In this document: piece after piece, positions 1 through 6,539 of the stretch
How the letters are laid out: each line of letters opens with the position of its first letter
How positions within the stretch are numbered: the stretch's first letter is position 1
Virus record (IMG/VR): IMGVR_UViG_3300030620_000006
Location: 1-62,627 of that record
Length of the DNA stretch: 62,627 nt
Reading direction: 5' to 3' (one strand)
DNA from: a virus
Lineage: Duplodnaviria; Caudoviricetes
The notes under the pieces: model-generated
The model's input: only the letters and a program-made list of their open reading frames with translations
Databases searched by the model: none
Told to the model about the DNA's origin: nothing
Translations under genes and position numbers: made by a program

Positions 1-185
1 GATGAGCGCGGCCTCCGATGTCCGCCGCCAGCGCGAAGCGATCATCGCCCGGCAGGTCGCCGCCGCCGAGTCCGCGGCGGACGGGCTGAACGAATCGCCA
101 GAGATGCCCGCCCCTGCCCCGCCCGAGAGCTGGCGGGAGGCGGTGGAGCAGGCGCTAGAAGAAGCATACCCTTGCGCGGTGGCGT
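1..185 (+). repeat. Terminal direct repeat, left copy (circular overlap)
   Basis: Matches 62443-62627 except at positions 128, 129 and 135. Confidence 0.95.
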
Positions 186-601
186 GGAAGTCCTGCGGCT
201 GCTCGCAGACGGACCACGGACACCACGACAGGTGCCCGGCTCGCCACCGAGTCGTAGCGCGGAAGGCTGTATTCAGCGCCCTCGCCGGTGTCGAGCTGGC
301 CAGCGCGGCGAGCGAGCTGCGGCTGCGGTCTGCTCTGGACGCCCTAGAGGATCGTGAGGCGCCGCACGGAGAGTGCCTGATCTGCGAAGCGGGCAAGGAC
401 GACCCGCACGGGGATGACTGCTCCTTCGCCGCCCTAGCCACCCCTCCCTCCACCGCAGCGGAAGTGCTGGCCGAGCTGCTGGCCCTGCTGGGGCGGTGGG
501 AGGCGCGTTCGGCCGAGCGCTTCCCCGGGACCGGCGGCAAGTTCAACATCTGCGCCCGAGAGCTGCGGCTCGCCCTCGCCAAGCTCGGAGGGACCACCTG
601 A
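2..601 (+). CDS. Hypothetical phage protein with Cys/His clusters
   Basis: 199 aa ORF; its ATG overlaps the stop of 62316-62447 across the circular join. Confidence 0.7.
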   Translation: MSAASDVRRQREAIIARQVAAAESAADGLNESPEMPAPAPPESWREAVEQALEEAYPCAVAWKSCGCSQTDHGHHDRCPARHRVVARKAVFSALAGVELASAASELRLRSALDALEDREAPHGECLICEAGKDDPHGDDCSFAALATPPSTAAEVLAELLALLGRWEARSAERFPGTGGKFNICARELRLALAKLGGTT

Positions 602-848
602 TGGGACTCGACCGCACGGCTGGGCGCGCACCACTTGTCAAGCGATCCGACACACTTTAGCCAACCTGCAAGGGCGGGCGCCGCACGCACGGGATCGCGG
701 ACGGACTCCGGGTGTCGCCTGCTGGGTCGTCGAGACCGCCCCTGTCGGCTACCGGGCGCCGCGAGCGCTTCGGCGGCATCCCGCCCTCAGTCAGAGAGGA
801 CACGGATCGCCCTCGGTTTGTTGGCGCGCCACCCTCTCGGCGCCGGCA

Positions 849-1061
849 TCAGCTCGCAGCTCCACACCACGGCAGGCGGTCGGCGCGAGCCGGTTCCGCC
901 AGACCGTCATCGCGAACCGCGACCACTGACCCCTCCGGGAGGCCGCGAGCCTCCCAGACCGTTCCGGATTCGCACCTCCCGTCGACCAGAACCTCGCCGC
1001 AGCGGATACACCGCTGCACGCCACCGATATAGGGTCCCGCCACGTGGCAGGCGTCCGTCAC
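849..1061 (-). CDS. Small hypothetical protein (CxxC)
   Basis: GTG start overlaps the upstream stop; QRCIRCGE motif. Confidence 0.55.
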   Translation of the reverse strand: MTDACHVAGPYIGGVQRCIRCGEVLVDGRCESGTVWEARGLPEGSVVAVRDDGLAEPARADRLPWCGAAS

Positions 1062-1345
1062 GATGCCCTCCTCTCGACGATCAGAATGTCCCCGCGACGA
1101 TAGTAGGTGCATCCCACTGGCAGCGCTCGCTCGATGGCCTGTCGCGATGCCTTGGCGCCGAAGCCTGTCGCAGTGCGCCACTGCCAGGAGTCGAGCACCA
1201 CGGCGTCGACCGATGGGTGCCCCAGAGTCGCCCTGATCCTCAGGAGCAGCATGTCGAGGGTGACCGGCCAGATCTGCGCCTGGCGTATCCGCCCGTGCAG
1301 ACGGCGGAGATCACGGCGCAGGTAGGCGGGCAGGCCGGAGTACAT
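1058..1345 (-). CDS. Hypothetical protein
   Basis: MYSGLPAYLRRD...; ATG overlaps the upstream TGA. Confidence 0.55.
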   Translation of the reverse strand: MYSGLPAYLRRDLRRLHGRIRQAQIWPVTLDMLLLRIRATLGHPSVDAVVLDSWQWRTATGFGAKASRQAIERALPVGCTYYRRGDILIVERRAS

Positions 1346-1839
1346 CAGGTCGACCCTCCCGCCACACCGCCCTGATCGAGGTACGTCACGGCCACGGCGG
1401 TAGCCGCCCATTCGTCCCCAGCGATGCCGTAAAGCGGACCGGCCGTCGCCTTCCTCCCGATCGCTGCCTCTTGCCCTCCCCACCGGTCGATCAGGGCCTG
1501 CCGGATGTTCTTGTCCTTGGCCCGAGAGGTGCCGCAGAGGTTGAGTTTCACGGTCCTGCGGGGAAGGCGCTCGACCCGTCCGCCCCCGCTCTCCCACGCC
1601 TCGCAGAAGCGGCCAGACCAGTAGACCGTCTCGAGCACGTCGCGGCCGATCGGCATCCCGGTACCGTAGTGCTCGACCTGCTCGATCACCAGGATGGCGG
1701 GGTCGCCACACTCGGAGGCGCCGCGCAGCCGGCGGAGCAGGGCGGCGTTCTCCATCCGCTCGCACTCGGGCGCTCCGCCGGGGGAGAGTCGGCAGATGGC
1801 CGAGCGCGTCGTACCGGGGTCGACGGCGAGCACGTTCAA
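1345..1839 (-). CDS. RuvC-like Holliday junction resolvase
   Basis: LAVDPG, LVIEQ, VKLNLCGTSRAKDKNI and a C-terminal DEWAA acidic motif; TTG start after GAGGAGG. Confidence 0.8.
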   Translation of the reverse strand: MNVLAVDPGTTRSAICRLSPGGAPECERMENAALLRRLRGASECGDPAILVIEQVEHYGTGMPIGRDVLETVYWSGRFCEAWESGGGRVERLPRRTVKLNLCGTSRAKDKNIRQALIDRWGGQEAAIGRKATAGPLYGIAGDEWAATAVAVTYLDQGGVAGGST

Positions 1840-2273
1840 GCCGCCTCCTCTCCGTAGCAGTCCGGCAGTCGAGCCCGGATCAGGTAGAGCGGACCCTTCC
1901 GCCACGCGGTGACGAACGGATCAGGCGTCAGCCCGTTGTGCCCCGGCCTCATCCTCCGGCAGCCCCTCTCCAGATAGCCGGTCACCAGGGTCTCGGCGTA
2001 GGAGCGCTGCCGCGTGACGTGGATCTCCTGTCCCCTGTGCTTGCACCGCAGCAGCTCCCAGGACGTCTTCGCGCAGAACGGGTCGCAGTAGACCTTGCGG
2101 GGATCGTTGGTCGCGAAGGACCGGCCGCAAAATCGGCACGATCGGCGGTTGGCCTCGGCCGTCCGGTCGCGCTTTCGACGCCACCACCAGATGCTGTAAC
2201 ACGCGTAGCACATGCCGCGCGCTCGATAGGGGCGGTCGGGGTGGCAAGAGGCGGGGCGGGTCACGAGGCGCAT
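1836..2273 (-). CDS. Zinc-finger hypothetical protein
   Basis: ARGMCYACY and CRFCGRSF...YCDPFC motifs. Confidence 0.6.
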   Translation of the reverse strand: MRLVTRPASCHPDRPYRARGMCYACYSIWWWRRKRDRTAEANRRSCRFCGRSFATNDPRKVYCDPFCAKTSWELLRCKHRGQEIHVTRQRSYAETLVTGYLERGCRRMRPGHNGLTPDPFVTAWRKGPLYLIRARLPDCYGEEAA

Positions 2274-4489
2274 GCCGTCTCCGCACAGAACAGACTCGCC
2301 TGCGGTCGCTCGGCCTCGGCCGCCCTGAGGTTCTTGCACGCTTGCTCGAAGTACGATCCTTTCAGCTCGATCCCGGCGAACAGTCGCCCTTGCTTGATCG
2401 CCTGGTAGCCGGTCGAGCCGATGCCGGCGAATGGGTCGAGCACCAGGTCGCCGGGGTTGCTCCATAGATCGATGGCGCGCTCGATCACGCCGAGCTGTAG
2501 CGGGCAGATGTGGCGCTCGTCATTCGCTTCCCGGGCGGCGCGATACTGCAAGGTGTTTCCCTGGTCGATGTCCATCCAGACCGGCGACGCCCACCTCTGC
2601 CAGCGCGCGACCGGGAAGTCCGCTGCCTCGTGGCCTACCGGTTCTGGGTTGTCGCCGGGCTTGCGCATCGTCACCAGGTAGTCCGGCAGCCCCATGCGCG
2701 AGCGGGTAGAGTCTTTCTTGACCTGCTTGTGAAGCAGGCCGAGTGCCTTGGTCCGCTGCATCTCGACCACGGGATCTTTCCAGATCACGACTTCCGAGTG
2801 ATGGATGAACCCGGCGTCCGCGAAGATGCGGATCAACTCGCCGCGAAAGTCACGCAGTCCGATCACTCCGTCTTTCCACTTCTGGAGCGGGAGATTCATG
2901 CAGTGGAAGCAGACGTGCCGTCCCGGCATCGTCACTCGGTACAGCTCGGCGACCAGGAACCGGAAGTGCTCCATGAACTCATCATCGCTGCGCACGTTGC
3001 CCATGTCTCGCTCGTTGGCCGAGTAGGTGTAGAGGCTGGCGAAGGGCGGCGAGAAGATTGACAATCCGACCGAATCCACGGCGATCGTCCGGGCAACCTC
3101 TACGGCGTCGCCGAGATGCATCGTCCAACCGTCGCCCGTCCGCTCCTCTGTCACGTAGTCCATGCTCTCCCTCCGCGCGGCCTCGTGTACGGCCGCGGTC
3201 TCGAAAACGCTCATGTGTTCGGCCACGGAGTCGGCCATCAGCCGCGCTCGCTCTTCCTTGGCGCGGACGTTCCGGAGCACCGGACCTTCCTGATCGGTGA
3301 GGATGAAATAGACATCGACCGGCTGAGTCTGCCCGAACCGCCATTCCCGGCGGGTCGCTTGATACAGCGCCTCGAAGCTGTCGGACAGGCCGACGAACAC
3401 CATCTTGCAGCAGTGCTGGAAGTTCAGCCCGTGGCCGCAGATCGACGGCTTGCTCACCAGGACCCTGTGCTCACCGCGAAGGAAGCCGAATAGTGCCGCT
3501 TCCTTCTGCTCGGTCGTGTCGGCTCCCTTTACCTCGACGGCGCCGCGGATTTCGGCGGCGAGCGCGGCGCTCTCGTCGTTCAGTTCGCACCAGACGATCC
3601 ACGGTTCGCTGCTGGCATTGGCGAGCGCCGCACATCGCGCCACGCGCTCGCTGAGCGACTGGCGGCGGACGGCGCGGCGCTCGTGCAACCCCCTAACCTC
3701 GACGGGGAAGAGGTATCCCGGGGCAGCGCCCGTTTCGATCATGATCTCGTGGCGGCGGAGCGCGGGCAGATCGTATCCTTCGTCGCTGAACCCGATATCG
3801 CTCGGTCTGCGGATGTATACCGACCACGAGGCCAGCCACCGCCAGAAGTCGATCTCGCCGTGCTTCTTCAAGCGCCACTTCGACGTATCTCCACCGTCGT
3901 GGTTGAAGAACGTCGCCAGCATCTCGACGCGATCCATGATGCCGAGGAATTCGGCGTGGTTGCCCAGCTCCATGTAGTCGTTCGGAGCGGGGGTCGCTGT
4001 GCAAGCAAGCCGGAACGGGGTTGCCGAAAATGCCTGGATGATTGCGTTGCGGGTCGCGCCGTCGTACGACTTGAGGATCGAGGATTCGTCGAGGATCACC
4101 CCGCCGAATGCCGCGGGGTCGATCTTGTGGAGGCGGTCGTAGTTGATGACGTTGACGCCGGGGCCGACGTCGTCTCGGCCGCTGATCCTGCGCACGTTGC
4201 GGATGCCGAACTTCTCGGCCTCGGCCACCGTCTGAAGCGAGACGGCCAGCGGCGCGAGCAAGAGCACGGGCGCATCCGCGTGCTCGGCGATCACCCTGCC
4301 CCATTCGAGCGACTGGATCGTCTTGCCCAAGCCGCAGTCCTCGAACAGCGCAGACCGGCAGCGCCGCAAGGCCCACTTCGTGACCGCCGCCTGCCACGGC
4401 ATGAGGCGGGGACTGAGGTCGAAGTCGCCGTTCAACCCCGCCGGCGGGGCGACGATGCGTTTTGAGGCAAGAAAGGATTCGTAGCTCAC
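2261..4489 (-). CDS. SNF2-like helicase fused to an amino (N4-C/N6-A) DNA methyltransferase
   Basis: GLGKT, DESS, TATP and RFGQ helicase motifs, then FSPPF and LDPFAGIGSTG in beta-class MTase order. Confidence 0.9.
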   Translation of the reverse strand: MSYESFLASKRIVAPPAGLNGDFDLSPRLMPWQAAVTKWALRRCRSALFEDCGLGKTIQSLEWGRVIAEHADAPVLLLAPLAVSLQTVAEAEKFGIRNVRRISGRDDVGPGVNVINYDRLHKIDPAAFGGVILDESSILKSYDGATRNAIIQAFSATPFRLACTATPAPNDYMELGNHAEFLGIMDRVEMLATFFNHDGGDTSKWRLKKHGEIDFWRWLASWSVYIRRPSDIGFSDEGYDLPALRRHEIMIETGAAPGYLFPVEVRGLHERRAVRRQSLSERVARCAALANASSEPWIVWCELNDESAALAAEIRGAVEVKGADTTEQKEAALFGFLRGEHRVLVSKPSICGHGLNFQHCCKMVFVGLSDSFEALYQATRREWRFGQTQPVDVYFILTDQEGPVLRNVRAKEERARLMADSVAEHMSVFETAAVHEAARRESMDYVTEERTGDGWTMHLGDAVEVARTIAVDSVGLSIFSPPFASLYTYSANERDMGNVRSDDEFMEHFRFLVAELYRVTMPGRHVCFHCMNLPLQKWKDGVIGLRDFRGELIRIFADAGFIHHSEVVIWKDPVVEMQRTKALGLLHKQVKKDSTRSRMGLPDYLVTMRKPGDNPEPVGHEAADFPVARWQRWASPVWMDIDQGNTLQYRAAREANDERHICPLQLGVIERAIDLWSNPGDLVLDPFAGIGSTGYQAIKQGRLFAGIELKGSYFEQACKNLRAAEAERPQASLFCAETACAS

Positions 4490-4680
4490 CGCTCCACCCT
4501 CCCCGCCACCCGGGCAATCCTCTCGACCAGCAGGGGAGGCGTGGAAACTGGAAAATCGCGGTCAGAAAATGACCTGCCTCTTAAAACTTGACGGGGCGGC
4601 GGGAAGTTGAAGACTCGCATGCCGTTTCCGAAGGCGAGCAGGCGGTCGAGGGCGTCGAGGTCGCGGAGGGGGTCAGTCAT
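4486..4680 (-). CDS. Possible small hypothetical protein
   Basis: Start and stop overlap both neighbours, but composition is atypical. Confidence 0.35.
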   Translation of the reverse strand: MTDPLRDLDALDRLLAFGNGMRVFNFPPPRQVLRGRSFSDRDFPVSTPPLLVERIARVAGRVER

Positions 4681-4943
4681 CTCAGGCTGACCGTCCTTTG
4701 CCCCGGACCCGGCCCGCTGCTGTAGCACCGGAACCCGTGCCGACGGAGGGCCGCCGAGAGCGCCATGAAGCACCCTGGGGGACCGCCCCCGGTTGCGTAG
4801 TTCCATGCTCGCGGGTACTCGGTCGGCGGGAAGACCTTGTGTGCCAGCGCGTCGTAGGTGAGCGATCCCCCAGCCTCCTCTAGGGCGTGCCTGATGCGCT
4901 CGGCGATCGGGAGGGCGGGGTAGGAGGGAAGGGGCTTCACCAC
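4677..4943 (-). CDS. Hypothetical protein (possible winged helix)
   Basis: IRHALEEAGGSLTYDALAHKVF; coupled to the downstream gene. Confidence 0.6.
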   Translation of the reverse strand: MVKPLPSYPALPIAERIRHALEEAGGSLTYDALAHKVFPPTEYPRAWNYATGGGPPGCFMALSAALRRHGFRCYSSGPGPGQRTVSLR

Positions 4944-4980
4944 GCCGGCGCCCCCGTCCTCTCCGCCGAGTGCTGCCAGG

Positions 4981-5703
4981 TCACGCCGCCGCCTCGATTC
5001 CGTAGAGCTTCCGCAAGGCCGCCGTCAGCCTCTTGAACGACCCCTCGACTTGCCGTAGGTGGCTACTGGTGATCTGTCCTGATTCGAGCAGGGCGGCGAG
5101 GCTCACCGCGTAGTGACTCGCGCGTACTGCCGGGGACTGCTGTTCACCGACTTCGACTCCGAAAACCTTCACCCGCTCGGCGCCCGCCCCTTGGTCTGCA
5201 AGCTCAGGTCTCCGCGCTTCACTGCGTTTTACAACGTGGCGTTGGTGTTTGTTGGCGGAGGCTCCGGGCTTCATAGCCGCCGCGGTCAGCCGAATTCCGC
5301 GCAGTCCGACGGTTGTAACAGAGAGAGCTGTCGCGATTCGATCAGGCTCAATCTTCATTCGCTCCGCGAGCATCAGGCACCGGGCGCGGTCGCGATGGCC
5401 GTAGCCACGGCCGTGTTTGGAGTTCGCTGCTACGGCATCGAGGAAGAGATCCTCTTGTGACTGGTAGTACTTTAGGATGACGGGCACGGCTGCGTCCGGC
5501 CCTCTGAGTTGGCGGAGCGCCTGGAGACGGTGCAGCCCGTCCACGACACGCTTTGTCGCGCCGTCCACGAGCAGCGGAGGAAGCTCTGCCCCCGACTTCA
5601 GAGCCTCGATCAGAGTTGCCACGTAGAGATCATCCGGATCTTCTCGTGGGTACAACTCGCCGAGCGGCTTGAGATTCTTCGCGGTGATGTATTCGACTTT
5701 CAT
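4981..5703 (-). CDS. ParB/Srx N-terminal domain protein
   Basis: LPPLLV...VVDGLHRLQAL and ANSKHGR motifs; ATG at 5703 after GAGG. The longer track ORF runs through the repeat array. Confidence 0.85.
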   Translation of the reverse strand: MKVEYITAKNLKPLGELYPREDPDDLYVATLIEALKSGAELPPLLVDGATKRVVDGLHRLQALRQLRGPDAAVPVILKYYQSQEDLFLDAVAANSKHGRGYGHRDRARCLMLAERMKIEPDRIATALSVTTVGLRGIRLTAAAMKPGASANKHQRHVVKRSEARRPELADQGAGAERVKVFGVEVGEQQSPAVRASHYAVSLAALLESGQITSSHLRQVEGSFKRLTAALRKLYGIEAAA

Positions 5704-5708
5704 AATCC

Positions 5709-5944
5709 TCGCCTCGACCTGCCTGGGCCAGCTATGCCAAGCACAGCCGCGCCGTGATCTGTTGGCCTCGCCTTGCCCTGCCCAACCCGGCATAGGCCTG
5801 CGCCGCCGAGCCTTGACGAGAGCGGATGGCCCTGCCTCGAACGGCCACGCTTCGACTCGGCCAGCATCGCCACGCCTCGTACGATGGCCTCGCCCTGACT
5901 TGCACAGCCCCGCCTCGGCGCGCCGTGCCATGCATGGCCACGCC
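5709..5944 (-). ncRNA. Pentamer-periodic (GGC-NN)n array in four blocks; putative guide-RNA locus
   Basis: 42 in-register pentamers: 25 begin GGY, 16 are one mismatch from GGC and 41 have C at position 3. Blocks are separated by 8-9 nt linkers after GGCCA. RNA status is inferred. Confidence 0.75.
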
Positions 5945-5948
5945 CGGG

Positions 5949-6503
5949 TTACTCTTTGACTTCAGCCTCGAACCTCCCGTAGATCCCGTCCCTTTCGATT
6001 CGGTAGTCGCCGACCCCGACGCGCATCCCAGCCTCGTTCAAAAGGCCGAGCACGACCACGCGATCGGCGACCTCAACGTCGATCATCAGCGGCAGATCGC
6101 ACGCCCACTTCCGGAGCATCGGGCGCGATCTGAGGATGCCCTGACGCTGCACGACCACCCGCTCGGTGTGAATCTCGAAACTCGTCAGGGGTTCATCGGT
6201 CTCCGGGTCGATCAGCGGGACGGTCTCGTTCTCCAGGAGCACGGCGCCGGCCACGATGGACTTCGCGGAGAACCGACCGATCCGCTTCCCCTTGGCGGCC
6301 GAAAGGATGGCTGCCCGGAAGGCCTTCGCCTTGATGTAGAGCTGGCCGTCAGGGAGGCGGTAGCTCCCCTGCTCGGCTTCTTCCTCCGGCGTCGGGATTT
6401 TCTTGCGACCGATGCCGCCCGGCTGGCGCATCAGCTTCTCGGGGTTGTGCTGGAGCAGCGGGGAAAGCCCGCTGACTCGATAGATCACCAGTTCAAATTG
6501 CAC
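5949..6503 (-). CDS. Stand-alone RAMP (Cas7-like RRM-fold) protein
   Basis: SGLSPLLQHN first strand, GQLYIKAKAFRAAILSAA, RSRPMLRKW, and a glycine-rich C-terminal loop AGMRVGVGDYR...GIYGRFE. Confidence 0.8.
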   Translation of the reverse strand: MQFELVIYRVSGLSPLLQHNPEKLMRQPGGIGRKKIPTPEEEAEQGSYRLPDGQLYIKAKAFRAAILSAAKGKRIGRFSAKSIVAGAVLLENETVPLIDPETDEPLTSFEIHTERVVVQRQGILRSRPMLRKWACDLPLMIDVEVADRVVVLGLLNEAGMRVGVGDYRIERDGIYGRFEAEVKE

Positions 6504-6539
6504 TCGTCACCCCTCTCCTCTCGTCAAGGGCTTGTTGGC

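Noticed and set aside
5709-5944. Canonical CRISPR array
   Set aside because: There are no 23-47 bp identical repeats with unique spacers here or elsewhere that I could see, and no other cas genes
5704-5959. Track ORFs across the array (5732-5941, 5669-5959 and the N-terminal extension of 4981-5931)
   Set aside because: The Arg/Gly/Ala/Trp-rich translations are a by-product of the period-5 repeat; the ParB domain starts at ATG 5703 with its own RBS
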